Source: Dicyema japonicum
Lineage: Eukaryota > Animalia > Dicyemida
Direction: 5' to 3'
NCBI GenBank assembly: GCA_011109175.1
Contig: RDEW01000066.1
Span: forward strand, 151,853-191,243
DNA length: 39,391 bases
Made by a program: the position numbers and the translations under genes. The notes under the pieces are model-generated. The model worked only from the letters and a program-made list of their open reading frames with translations. It was not told where the DNA came from and did no database searches. Below are positions 1 to 12,403 of the stretch, in pieces; position 1 is the first letter of the stretch, and each line of letters starts with the position of its first letter.

Positions 1-226
1 AAAAAAATCCGGCCGTAGGCCAATTGGTTTAGGTTGACTTTAAAAACTACACACCGCGGCGAAGGTCGCATAGGGGAAAAGTTGGATTCCAAAAAAAAAT
101 CCGGCCGTAGGCCAATTGGTTTAGGTTGGACTTTAAAAACTACACACCGCGGCCGAAGGTCGCATAGGGGAATAGTTGGATTCCAAAAAAAATCCGGCCG
201 TAGGCCAATTGGTTTAGGTTGGACTT
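1..226. repeat. Tandem repeat, ~92-93 bp unit, ~2.4 copies visible (cut by window start)
   Basis: TCCGGCCGTAGGCCAATTGGTTTAGGTT recurs at 8, 100 and 193. The intervening CTTTAAAAACTACACACCGCGG(C)CGAAGGTCGCATAGGGGAA..GTTGGATTCC occurs twice. Confidence 0.95.
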
Positions 227-615
227 ACTACTTGAAAAATACATATAATTATTGAAAAAGTAATTATTAAAATTATATTAATTTTATATTGGTAAACCAA
301 AATAAATAGACACAAACGTTTTTCCAATAAATCAATATAAAATTAGTTGTAGTTGGTTTTGGGAAGAAAGAAATCTGGAATTTTAAACGGAAATCTGTTA
401 ACAATGGCTAGAAATGGGACTTAGAAAAATTAAGGTGGAAAATTAATAGATTTTAAGATTTATTGATTTTTTTGAAGTGTCCAACGAACGGCGGCCCGTC
501 CATCCTACGGCCGGTGACATTTTTTATCTAAATTTGAGACATATTTTTAATATTGTCCCATTGTAAATTATGAGAAAAAGCATGTTCAGTTTTATTTTTG
601 TTCACTGTAAAAATA

Positions 616-975
616 TTGTCAAAATTGATATAAAAAATGTCAAAATTGAATATCGGATTGTTAAAATTGATGCAAAAAATGCCAATATTGCTTATGGCAT
701 TGTCAAATTGATGCAAAAAATGTCAATATTGCTTATCGCATTGTCAAAATTGAATTGCATTGTTAAAATGATATAAATGTCAAATTGATATCGCATTTGT
801 TAAAATTGATGTAAAAAATGTCAATATTGCTTATCGCATAGTTAAAATTGATGCAAAAATGTCAATATTGCTAATCGCATTGTCAAAATGAATGTAGCAT
901 TGTTAAAATTGATATAAAAAATGTCAAAATTGAATATCGTTATAGTCAAAATAGATATATAAAAATGTCAGATTG
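616..975. repeat. Degenerate minisatellite, ~21-bp unit arranged as ~42-bp dimers
   Basis: Alternating variants TGTCAAAATTGAT(A/G)(T/C)AAAAAA and TGTCAATATTGCTTATCGCAT repeat many times. The ORF track shows the resulting 7-aa periodicity (VKIDIKN VKIEYRI VKIDAKN ANIAYGI). Confidence 0.9.
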
Positions 976-1211
976 AACTGAAAATGGTGTAGATATGAAA
1001 AAATGATTACTTGAGGACAAATTACTGAATAAAATTTCATTAGCAATATTAAAAAAAATTGACGAAAATACACGTATAAAAAAAATTTATGACTAAATTA
1101 ATCAAAGTGGAGAAATATTTTTATCCAGAAAAATATTGATTCCAGCTTTCTTCCAGCTTCCTTCTGAAAATATTGATTCCAGCTTCTGCCGATCCGCCTC
1201 TTCTGCCAGAC

Positions 1212-2011
1212 TCACGGCGGCTCCGTGTGCTCGACAGTTCTTGTTGTCTCGTGGTGGCTACTTCCTCCACTCAGTCGCTCATTGATTGCCCCAACATCTA
1301 TTGCAATACTTTCTACATGATCGGCCGCCGTAGCTAAGAGTTTGTGTTCCGGACGCATGCTCTCTAATGTCTTTTTAATCACGGTCGTCTGGATATAGGC
1401 ACGAGTCGAATCTTCGACTTTTAGGGAGAAAAATTTGGATACTATTCCATCCCATGTGAGGACCAGTGGTACGACGTTCACTTTTGCATTGTGATTAACA
1501 TTCAGTTCGCTGCCAAGAGATCGTATTTATGTAATTCTCGACTTCCACATGCTTCAAAGATTGTTGAGAAGTAATCCCAACTTCGATGAGCGTAATGATG
1601 TTCCGAACCTTGTCGTAGACAAAAATGTCTGGTTTATTATTATTGACTTTAGTATCCGTCTTGATCGTCGTGTCCACCCGTATTTCGACCACCTCATTAG
1701 AGACAGTCGACTGAACGGAGTGGGTCTTCAACTTCCTAGACTGTTTTATCCCATATTGTCGGCAGATGTGCAAGTGAATGCACCTTACCACCCATTGTGC
1801 GACGCAGGTAAATCGCTGTTCAACATTCTACCACATCTGTAGCAAGATGATCCACAGTCTTTCTGGCGGCGTTGCAATGGTTTGCAACTACTACCTCCGT
1901 CTTCAAAGAAATAAGTTGCGGTCCTGAGTCATACACAACATTCCTTCCGACTTTTGGAGAGTTGTTCCCATGCGATAACCACCGGGAAGATTCCTTGAGA
2001 TTGAGTTCCAT
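1212..2011 (-). mobile_element. Degenerate 3' end of an RLE non-LTR retrotransposon (R4/NeSL-like): zinc knuckle plus restriction-like endonuclease
   Basis: Frameshifted pieces read WLSHGNNSP, C..C...KTVDHLAT..C, RH..VVRCIHLHICRQYG, KPDIFVYDK...LIEVGIT and VVPLVLTWDGIV. These are the CCHC, RH and PD..E motifs of R2-group elements. Confidence 0.85.
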
Positions 2012-2597
2012 CGAAAGTTAGTGTTAATAATTTAATTGTTGACGAAACTGATGTTGGGGGAAACAAATTTGTTAATTGTCTAATTGGAACGTTGGGAAAT
2101 CCGCAAAAAATCTTACCTAATAGATTGTATAAAAATTGATTCCTCTCCGAATTCTTCTATCATCAGTCAAATTATTGATGACACTATTCGGAAATTAATG
2201 TTCAAAGAAACAATTTTTCTCTCCTTATTACCGATGCTGGTCCATATATGGTTTCTGCGGGAAGTACTCTCAAATTATTAATGTACACAAAATTTCCAGA
2301 CGGAGAGGAATTTGCGGCAAACATACCGTGAGGTCATCTTCAATTGACAAAAGTTTCTCTTTAAATCCAAGGATTTTATCAGTTGAGGTTAACATATTCT
2401 CGAAATTTCCTTTAAAGACTTATATTAAAGAATTTATATGTTAGAATATATCCGTCAAATACGCAAACCTATAAAAATATTATGAAAAAATTATTCAGAA
2501 TTACCTTAGTAACCATTCATTATTTAGAAACGTGAAGCAAAGTAAATTTTATTTTGCAGGCAAGTAATATCAATTTTTCTCCAATAGTGTGATCTTA

Positions 2598-3110
2598 CGA
2601 GTATGACTCTCTCGGCTATTTACCTCCACTTTGTGATCCCGTCGATTCCCATTTATGTTGGACGGTGGGTATGTTAATCTTTTGCCAGGTTGAGTTGATT
2701 TTTTTACTAAAGTTGACATTATGAGATCTTTCGGAGCTCAAACTGTGTTTGCTGTTTGACGTTTCAAGAAGAGTGGACACTGATTTTGAAAAATATGGAG
2801 AACATTTGTCTGGGTGGTGGATTCTTTGGTCTAAATTGAATCCACTTGGCCGTTCTTCAGCCCCGGTTAGTCAACATTCAGGGTTTTATCCCAGATCCCT
2901 TCTATGCATGAGATCCAATCTAGACTGACGTTTATTTCTTCTTCTGACAGGATTGACGCGATTAGGAATGCAGAATATATGCATTATATTAGTCCACCAG
3001 TTCAGAAATTTGCGACTCTTCAGTTCAATGCTTTCGATGAAATTCGGGTTTGTGTAAAATGCTTTCAGCTTACAGGATATTGGATATCACCACGCAAAGG
3101 CGTTTTTTCT
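2598..3110 (+). pseudogene. PNPLA6: 3' fragment of neuropathy target esterase / swiss cheese (PNPLA6/7) patatin-like phospholipase, introns retained
   Basis: Reconstructed SMTLSGYLPPLCDP.D.HL.LDGGYVNLLP, LSGWWILWSKLNP, IPSMHEIQSRLTFISS and ISPPVQKFATLQFNAFDEI match the NTE C-terminus including the DGG motif. GT-AG introns at 2689-2712, 2866-2894 and 3048-3068. No upstream cNMP-binding or GxSxG part seen. Confidence 0.85.
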
Positions 3111-3139
3111 GCCTTCGGCATGAGACATTGATGGATAAA

Positions 3140-3260
3140 AACATATTTCTCAGTCCTTCAAAAGGTTGCACATCCTTCAAAACGTTCAGTTTAGGCCTTC
3201 CGGAGTTGCCAATTGGTACTTTCTGCATAGGAATCCTTGATAGTGGCCAAATGTTTTTCT
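3140..3260 (-). mobile_element. Short fragment of the same R4/NeSL-like retroelement family
   Basis: IWPLSRIPMQKVPIGNSGRPKLNVLKDVQ aligns with IWPLSRNF....PESLKLKVLKDFQ in the copy at 11295-11696. Confidence 0.7.
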
Positions 3261-3552
3261 TGATCTGACAAAAATAAATTTGATCTGACAAAAAATAAAC
3301 ATTAGCTCACGGGCTCGATATCTTGCTTAGAAAAAAATCAAACTATATATAAAGAGGCCGTTTATTGTCTGAACATGGTGAAGATTAAAAGAAATCTTTA
3401 ATTAATTTAAGATGAGATAAATTAATGAATGGATTGAATTTGTTTTTCTTTAAAAAATCCATTTGCTAATCTAGTACATATGGGTATAAAATGATAAGAC
3501 AAAATAACTCTTAAAGGAAATTTCAAAGAAAAATAAAATTCTACGTTGTTGA

Positions 3553-6500
3553 TTAATTTCCAATGACGAAATCTATGACGATTGAATGACTTAACCAAAA
3601 ACGAGTGAATTTAATATGGAGGTAAGTGGAAAAGGTGAGAACATTTTTATGCCTAAAATACTTAATACTAATAAAATACGATAGTCCAATATCATCTTCC
3701 CCATACTTATCCAAATATAAGGAGTGTTCAACAGATCTCCGTTTTTATTCCCAGCAAGATGATGACACAATTTTGAACACTATACGACATTAGCCACTGT
3801 ACACGAACTCAAATATTATAAGATAATCATAGCAAAAGCAACCGGCCGAGTGATTTGCTACCGAAGTGGATGCCTGATTGCAAGAGAGACAGGTACTCCC
3901 ACATGTCAAACATATTCCAGGTAAAACACCCTTTTTGTGTTCAAAAATCATCGTGAAGACATCAATTATAAGTAAACTCAATCAAACCTTTTCTGGTAGC
4001 AAGTGTGATATAGATCAGCAATGAATGCTGCAGAGGCACCAATGTACGAATAGATAAGGGATATCGGGGACATGATAGAGAAGGCATTTGCTGAGCCAAA
4101 ATATGTGGACGACACCAACTGGAAAAATGAAAAAATATTAGCAAGACACCTTCTAGTCAGTCTGAGTACAGTAGAAAGACAAGATTCCAAAAACTCCATA
4201 ATTGAAACATACGACGAACCCAGCAGTAATTCATCATGTCCACAGTCGTAAACAAATTCGCTTAAATTATTAGTCGACTATAAACCAGATTTGAATAACG
4301 AAGGAGGTTTATCTCCAGTAACGTAAAGAATATAATGGAACACCTCACAAAACTGAAGGATGACTCACTCAAATATTCCTCAAACTTTTGCACGTCGAAA
4401 GACCGTTTATACGTGAGACTAGCATGAGAGTGCTCACTAACCCCAATGAAGACCCAATAACTCCATAATTTGATGAAAACAAGTCTCATCTGAGGAATCA
4501 GCTTCACTAATTTCGACCGGACCTTTGAATTTATTTTAAACCAATTACGGCTAGTGAGGAACAGCTGAATCAAGTGGAATATGTAAATAAATTGAAAACA
4601 TGATTGGCAAGATTAACATCAAAGGACGACACGCAGAAACAGACAAGACAACACTCACTAGGAAATGGAAGGCATCCACATCCAGTATTGATGTCGTCTT
4701 GTGCTCAGTAAAATCTCCATGTGCCAATAAAACTGTGAATAACTTGAAGAAATACATGCAAGGAATTTGACCGAATATTTCTCAACAAGTTCTTCTGGAA
4801 TGACAGTGAGGAGAGCACTGTGTGCCTTCATGGTGACACTGATACAGTCATAGTCCCTCCAGTACAACTCTGCACTATTCGCCAATGAATTTCCATCAAA
4901 TGTCATCAAATTCTCTGCCGATTAAACAATCTCTCCACTACCGAATGAACGGATAGTATAAGCTATCGTTTGCCAGCTGTACGAAGGAATAATAAAGAGA
5001 GACTCATCGGAATCGCCAAATAACTACACAATTGAATGTATTTAGTTAACCCGAGTAACACTGTGGAAAAAACTTTTAATATTCTCCACAATCTCAGTTG
5101 ATATTGTGGCCCCGGCTGCACTGGCGACGTAGTTGTAGAATGTCTGAAAATTACGACTTACACTTTTGGCCATTTGCTTGGTGGCTGTGGTGATAGGACA
5201 TGGTCAAATATATCAAACAATGCTTCAAATACACATTCACCCAACAACCTTCAGGGTCCTTCGCGTCATCAAAGTATTTTCTGAGAGAAGCCCTCATCGA
5301 CTTGACCAGATTAGCCAACCAATCGGAAAACTCCAATTCCACGTCGTAGTGGAATCTACCATCCCTCACCACGACTCATACCCAACGAGGGTGTCGAAAC
5401 AAAGGAAGGAAGTATTGGAATTGTAGCAAGTCCAGCTCGACTGCAAAGTGGGCAAATGTAGTATGGACTGTCCATATGTAAATTTTCGTTCAAATTTTTA
5501 TAACGTTTAAAAACAGTCAACGTGTAGTACATGCCCGCATGTGGAGACAAATACTCCATAGGTAAATCCCAAGGCATATAATCCCTATTTTCATTCGAAG
5601 TATCCCCCGGACGCTGATGAAGGACTCTGGATCTGTGCGGACAAGTCAGTTTCGGTAAAAAGTAACTTTTGTATAAAAAACTGGCAGGACTATATATCTT
5701 TCTGTCGATAATATGGTTGGCTGACAAATGTTTTTGCAGAGGATACAAATTCTCTCATCACCCGTGTATTCTGCCGTGATTTCCTCTGCCTCGACCTCCC
5801 TTCTCTGCTGATATCAGAAATGGGAGAGAACCCTTCCACAAGCATTTCCTTCATGAGTTCAATCGCTTTTTTCCGCCTATTCTTCATCAAATCCATTTCC
5901 CGTTCTCTTAATTTATCGATTTTCCGTTTTTTATTTCGATTTTTGTTATCAATGTTCGACTTTTTAGTGTTCATACTGCTGGATGTGTCCGCCCCTGTTA
6001 TTCTCTTTAATTCCTGCACATTAGACGAGTAACCAACATTCATAATATAAGAATAGAGCGCCGACACTTCTTCGTGGAAATTTTCAAAATAATGCCCGAC
6101 TGGACTGAGAATGGATGTCAAAAAAGACACATTTGGAGAACACTGTTTGTCAATCAGGCTAACTCCAACGAGGTACAACAACTAATATAAAATAATCGCC
6201 AATTTACTGATTCTAAAAGTGATTCAGCAGCAATGGATGTCCCCAATAGTGATATTTCCTGTTGTAACATTGTCATCAAACACATTGCTTGTTAGAATCC
6301 CAGAAACGTTTTTAAAATATCCCATAAATTTAGGCACCTTTGCTGGAAAGAAGGACCCTATTTATAAAGATAGTGACTTAACAAAATGTGGCTCCTATGC
6401 TTTTACCAATTTTGAGACATCGGTCGTGAGCCTAGTGGTACAAAATATGCTGTCTACAATAGTTCTCTCCATCGAATTCAAATTGTAACAATGTGGGTTG

Positions 6501-9401
6501 TACATGTCCCAACACTCGTCTTTCAGTTCGTAGTACTGATGCTGCTTCTCTTTCGTACTGAAAACACTCAAAAACAAAAAATCACCACACATTGGCCACC
6601 TGGTGGAGAACATCTTCCAAATCATGTTCTTTCATGTTTTTTGCAGTCTTTGGCATATCAAATGGAACAACTAAACTGAAAGTGGTCGAAGATCTGACTG
6701 TATCTGGATATATTAGCAGCAAGGGCATTGATCAATTCATATTTCATTACGTCATTTTCTGTCACTTCTGCCAAACCAATGACATATCTCTCCACTCGAC
6801 ACTCAAAACACAATATACATATCATTCTGATTATAATCTGCATAAAATTTGAGGCATATTCCACTCTCTGTTGGTCCCCTGATGAAGATGTCTCATGAAA
6901 GTCAGTTTGATTAGGACTGATATTAATTTGACAAAAAACCTCAAAAAACGAGCCACTTTAAACTTGACAAGCAGGATTTTAAGGAAATCGTCAGGTGGAA
7001 TTGACGAAGCACAGAGTTGTAACATCAAAATGTCCAGGTTACCCATATTCCGAGACAGAGGATGAATGTAGTAGTGTTGGGCCTATGTTAATGTCGTACT
7101 AACTAACTTGATAAGTCATTGACAGTCCGGTTCATTTTCCACAGGCCAGCCATGGTTTCCAAATACAGAAGAATTGACTGAAGGGATGGCTCCATCGCCA
7201 ACATTGGAGTCAACATTTGTGAATTCTATCACAACTCCCAAGGATAACAAACTTCACAATCTCCAAAAATTTCGAAAGTTTCGGTCAATCGCTTGAAGGC
7301 TGAGCACAAAGAGGGGCAACATATTAGTAAGAGAAGTATGAAATGACAAATCGTCATTACTGTTTGTATAATCCAAGACATGCACGTGATTTCCAGCAAC
7401 TAGTATGACAAATTTTATTTTACAATATTCCGTCACCATACTTCGACAAAAGAATGGCTGGCTGGTCAAATAAGCCTCCAATCGCACTTTGAGTATGTAG
7501 AAAGCATCAACCAGAGTTTCAGTCTTAAAAAAATCACACATCAATCCACACATTATTTTGCAGAATGGTTAAAAAGCGATCAAACATCCCATAAAGGTTG
7601 AAGTTCATTATGAAGGCCTCTCTCCACGAATGCTCTCTAATGACATGTTCCCTCGTACTCTTCTTTACCGCGTTGATGTGCTGAAATGTCTTCCCTATCA
7701 CACAAACCTGGAAAATAGTGACCAAATCCAGAAATTCTTGGAAAGCATTCAATATTTTTCTCTTAAAAACATCCCCAAAGTTATTTTTGTCATTTAATAC
7801 TCCAAGAACATAACTCGGACTAATTTTATGCATAACAACTTGATTGGTTTGATTGAATACAAAATTCTGTTCGTTTTTAATGGAAATACACTACGCTAAC
7901 TCGTCGTCGTAAAAACCGTCAGGCTCCATTATGTAATTATCTATGGCGGAAAATATAGAACATGTATACTGGATGCCAGAGATCGAACATTATCGATAGC
8001 AGTTTGAAATAACATGTGCAACACCCCAGTCTCCACAATGAGAGTTTTGATAACGGAAGGCACTGTATAGAACTGGACAGTCTCGTGAATAATTGAGTTC
8101 TCCTCCTCCCCTTCCTCAAGTATATAACATTTAAAAATCTTTGGATATAACTAGAAATCTCTCAATTATTACGTAACCTCAGTATATAGTCGAGCAAACT
8201 CCAATTTGTTGGAGTGTTGAGTCTGATGGCCAAAAATAGTATTTTGTGGAATGTCGTTCTGGCTTCTGTCCACAGTCGGGTATTCTGCTCTAACAGTGGA
8301 CGGATAAAATATTCGATTGAGTCATTTCTGAGGACCAATCTCTGACAAATTGCTCCAAATAGCCTATGTGATTCAATCAATACCAAAATCACCATTTTTC
8401 TCCAAATATTCCAAAAAATGAATTAGTGTGGCAAGTGCTATTTCCTGGAACATAAAGACGACCCCATGGATGACCTCAGTCCGCATAGACCCGTTTAAAT
8501 TCCGTGAATGTGTCTAAAAAACGTCAAAATAAGCTGATACTGTGATAGTCTGGCCTATCTTTGAACATTTTGACTCTATTCCTTGAAGTAGTACAGATCT
8601 TCCCTACAAGTTATAGTCATAGATAATTCGCTTGTCTACATTCAAAGCAATTTGATTCGCTTGACGAGAATTACAATCAATTCCAGCCATTATGGATTCA
8701 CATGCCTATACAAATCAACTCAACCGTAAAGTACTTCAGGAAAATTATGCAGTTCGTCATTCAGTAAACAAAGAACGCAGTCTTCAGGGAGAACAAGTTC
8801 TCTTAAAAAAGGAGAAAGTGACCCAACAAAGAGGGGAACATTGAAGATACTGAAGGCAGTTGTCCTCAAAATATCTAAAAAGACTTGGCCAAGAGTTGAA
8901 ATGATTGGAGAAGACTCCTATTAATATTTAAAGTTATATTTAATAACTGGGAAATCACATTGGGAGGAAGAATGTAAAGAACAAGTTGGGAATTGTTTCC
9001 AGGCTTCCACATCACCACAATCGCAAGAACCTGAACCTCCACTGACACAAAACTTGATAAAAAATATATATATAACTTTGTAGCGGTGATTTATATGTTC
9101 GCTTTTAACAAAACATTCGTAGCACCACACACATGTGGGGTCATTTGCACAGTCACTAAAAATAGGTCAATATTATGTTACTTGCAGATAAAAAAAGTTC
9201 TCCGCTGTTGAAAATTTGGCTACAAAATCCCTGTTTTTCACGGAATGGTAGTTCACCGTGCTGTTGGGTTATTGATTCAAAAAGAGGTTCGATGATTTTT
9301 GATTTGGATTCATTATTGAGTATTTCGTGGTATTGATTTAATATTTCTTTAATTTTGATGTTTTTAATTATTTCCTGGATCTGATTTGAAATATGTGTCA
9401 T
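3553..9401 (-). CDS. UBR1: UBR1/UBR2-type N-recognin E3 ubiquitin ligase (multi-exon, many apparent sequencing indels)
   Basis: UBR box (CSQIF..GE...C.DCANDPTCVWCYECF..SEH..H.Y...SGGSGSCDCGDVEAWK...CSLH, ~8970-9230). ClpS-like LLNDELHNFPEV (~8730-8770). Split RING-H2 (CILCK ~5735; STCGHVLHVDC ~5515-5545; YICPLCSR ~5440-5460). C-terminal CLTCG and LYLDKYGEDDIGL. Inferred stop at 3553-3555. Example intron 9156-9181 (26 nt). Confidence 0.93.
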
Positions 9402-9825
9402 TCATTGTCAAACAGAAGGACACCACCAAAAATCACAATCTATTTTTTATAATGTTAAATTAATATCATAATAATTTGAATTTACTGATTAATGAAGATT
9501 TTTATTTTTATTTTTTGAATCCTTCATACAGCGGCCAAAATTCGCATTTAAATCTCTAATACTACAGAAATACTACAATTTGAATAATTCCATTTTCTCG
9601 AAATCCAGTTGAGTGTTTATATGTATATTCTAGTCAGTTTACTAGGGAAGGGTGCGCAATATTTTAAATGTTTCCCATACTTGACTATTATAGATTTTTC
9701 ATATATTTTAATTCAATTTCATTACAGGAATTGTCTTAGCTGTTTTTTAACATAAAAATACTGAAATATAATCAAAAGTAAATCGCTAGGCGACAATTAT
9801 ATAATGATTCGACTGTGTAACGTGG

Positions 9826-10819
9826 NNNNNNNNNNNNNNNNNNNNNNNNNNNNNNNNNNNNNNNNNNNNNNNNNNNNNNNNNNNNNNNNNNNNNNNNNNN
9901 NNNNNNNNNNNNNNNNNNNNNNNNNNNNNNNNNNNNNNNNNNNNNNNNNNNNNNNNNNNNNNNNNNNNNNNNNNNNNNNNNNNNNNNNNNNNNNNNNNNN
10001 NNNNNNNNNNNNNNNNNNNNNNNNNNNNNNNNNNNNNNNNNNNNNNNNNNNNNNNNNNNNNNNNNNNNNNNNNNNNNNNNNNNNNNNNNNNNNNNNNNNN
10101 NNNNNNNNNNNNNNNNNNNNNNNNNNNNNNNNNNNNNNNNNNNNNNNNNNNNNNNNNNNNNNNNNNNNNNNNNNNNNNNNNNNNNNNNNNNNNNNNNNNN
10201 NNNNNNNNNNNNNNNNNNNNNNNNNNNNNNNNNNNNNNNNNNNNNNNNNNNNNNNNNNNNNNNNNNNNNNNNNNNNNNNNNNNNNNNNNNNNNNNNNNNN
10301 NNNNNNNNNNNNNNNNNNNNNNNNNNNNNNNNNNNNNNNNNNNNNNNNNNNNNNNNNNNNNNNNNNNNNNNNNNNNNNNNNNNNNNNNNNNNNNNNNNNN
10401 NNNNNNNNNNNNNNNNNNNNNNNNNNNNNNNNNNNNNNNNNNNNNNNNNNNNNNNNNNNNNNNNNNNNNNNNNNNNNNNNNNNNNNNNNNNNNNNNNNNN
10501 NNNNNNNNNNNNNNNNNNNNNNNNNNNNNNNNNNNNNNNNNNNNNNNNNNNNNNNNNNNNNNNNNNNNNNNNNNNNNNNNNNNNNNNNNNNNNNNNNNNN
10601 NNNNNNNNNNNNNNNNNNNNNNNNNNNNNNNNNNNNNNNNNNNNNNNNNNNNNNNNNNNNNNNNNNNNNNNNNNNNNNNNNNNNNNNNNNNNNNNNNNNN
10701 NNNNNNNNNNNNNNNNNNNNNNNNNNNNNNNNNNNNNNNNNNNNNNNNNNNNNNNNNNNNNNNNNNNNNNNNNNNNNNNNNNNNNNNNNNNNNNNNNNNN
10801 NNNNNNNNNNNNNNNNNNN
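9826..10819. other. Assembly gap (N run)
   Basis: Run of N. Confidence 1.
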
Positions 10820-11640
10820 TTAATTCGCTTGCCAAGAGATTGTATTTATGTAATTTTTCGACTTCACATGCTTCAAAGATTGTTGAGAAGTAATCCCAAC
10901 TTCGATGGAGCGTAATGATGTTCCGAACCTTGTCGTAGACAAAAATGTCCGGTTTATTATTATTGACTTGAGTATCCATTTTGATCGCCATGTCCACCCG
11001 TATTTCGACCACCTCATTAGAGACAGTCGACTGAACGGAGTGGGTCTTCAATTTCCTAGACTGTTTATCCCATATTGTCGGCAGATGTGCAAGTGAATGC
11101 ACCTTACCACCTCATTGTGGCGACACAGGTAATCGCTGTTCAACATTCTGCACATCTTGTAGCAAGTTGATGTACAGTCTTTTTAGTGGCATTGCAATTG
11201 TTGCAGCTACTACCTCCGTTTCGAAAAATAAGTTGCGGTCCTGAATCATTCATAACATTCCCTCCGACCTTGGAGAGTTGTTCCCATGCGATAACTACCA
11301 GGACAATTCCTTGAGATCCAAATCATCATAGCAATTAAACAAAATAGAGTGAAGGGGCTTTCTTTGTATCTGCTCAATTAGGTACTTTCCTTGAAAATCC
11401 TTCAAAACTTTCAGTTTGAGGCTCTCTGGAGTTTGCGCATTAGTATTTTCTGCATAGAAATTCCTTGATAATGGCCATATATGTGTTTTCTTTGATTTAA
11501 CGGCCTTCAGAATTTCACCTCTCCTCAAACAATAGGAATACTTCATTTCAATATCCTTGAGAAATCCGAGGAGCGTGCGCTCGCTTTTATGCACCACAGA
11601 GATCAATCCTCTTCCTAGTCGGTTTCGTTGAGGATAAATT
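10820..11640 (-). mobile_element. Second degenerate copy of the R4/NeSL-like RLE non-LTR retrotransposon (post-RT region to endonuclease)
   Basis: Close nucleotide match to ~1500-2000. P.RNRLGRGLISV (post-RT RLY.PR..GRGL motif), KTHSVQSTVSNEVVEIRVD, KPDIFVYDK, EVEKLHKYNLLASEL. Runs into the gap. Confidence 0.88.
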
Positions 11641-12403
11641 ATATGTTTGTTTCCAGTTTTCGTATATATTTGGTGGCCTATCAAGACCTCGCGCACGAAA
11701 TAATCAATATCGTATCTTCAATTCGAAATTTTTTTACAATTTTTAACAATTCATTAAAGTCACTGCGAAAATTTAATAAATATCTGAAATCTTTATCCAA
11801 AAAACCGAGATTTTAAGTAAAATAATCATGTAGAGTTTTTTTGCACGATCGTCTCTCCATATTTTTTGCATTTTATTAAACTTTCAAGCATATTCACATC
11901 AAAATTGTCGTCATGTGAAAAATATTTCTTGAGGTCCAAAACACTTTTTATCGCATCTAGATGTTTATTACATTCGTTTCTTTCACAATCTTCAGTAATG
12001 GTATTGTCTAAATTGTCATTTTCATCGTTATTGTTTTGAAGAAATTGATGAAATTCTTCATTTCAGATATTCTTCATTGTAAAATAGATGTTGAATTAAG
12101 GCACTTTAGCTAAAATAGTTCAAATTTTAAAATAAATTTTATTCTAAAAATATTTATTACAAGCTTTTACGGAAATTAGAATTGGTTGATCGAAGGTAAG
12201 CTAATCAATGTAAAACAAACATTCACTAAGCTACTAATTGAATAGGCAGAAATGCAGTTTATAAATACTTTTAATTACTTAATTTTCATCAACAATTTTC
12301 TATTGATTTTCCTGAATTTTGAAAGGTAAAATGCTAAATAAATTAACTTGAGATTTGAGTTAACAAAAATCCGAATTTTTTTATTTCAAAAAATATGAAA
12401 AAT

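Noticed and set aside
1-226. CRISPR-like or telomeric array
   Set aside because: Whole units repeat with no unique spacers, there are no cas genes and the context is eukaryotic. TTAGG occurs once per unit, not in tandem.
34-255. 73-aa ORF as a protein
   Set aside because: It is just the translation of the tandem repeat.
3260-3300. Short direct duplications (also ~1130-1190, ~38760-38825, ~39000-39062)
   Set aside because: Two-copy duplications of about 15-20 bp that fit slippage or repair scars. No evidence of function.
3553-9401. UBR1 (and VMP1, SDA1) as pseudogenes, or programmed frameshifting throughout
   Set aside because: Key motifs are conserved, and the breaks I examined mostly sit in homopolymers and not at a consistent slippery or stop signal. 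Sequencing error is more parsimonious.
9786-11102. Long ORFs of 438 and 339 aa (also those crossing 18581-18798 and 25626-25913)
   Set aside because: Their length comes from N runs.
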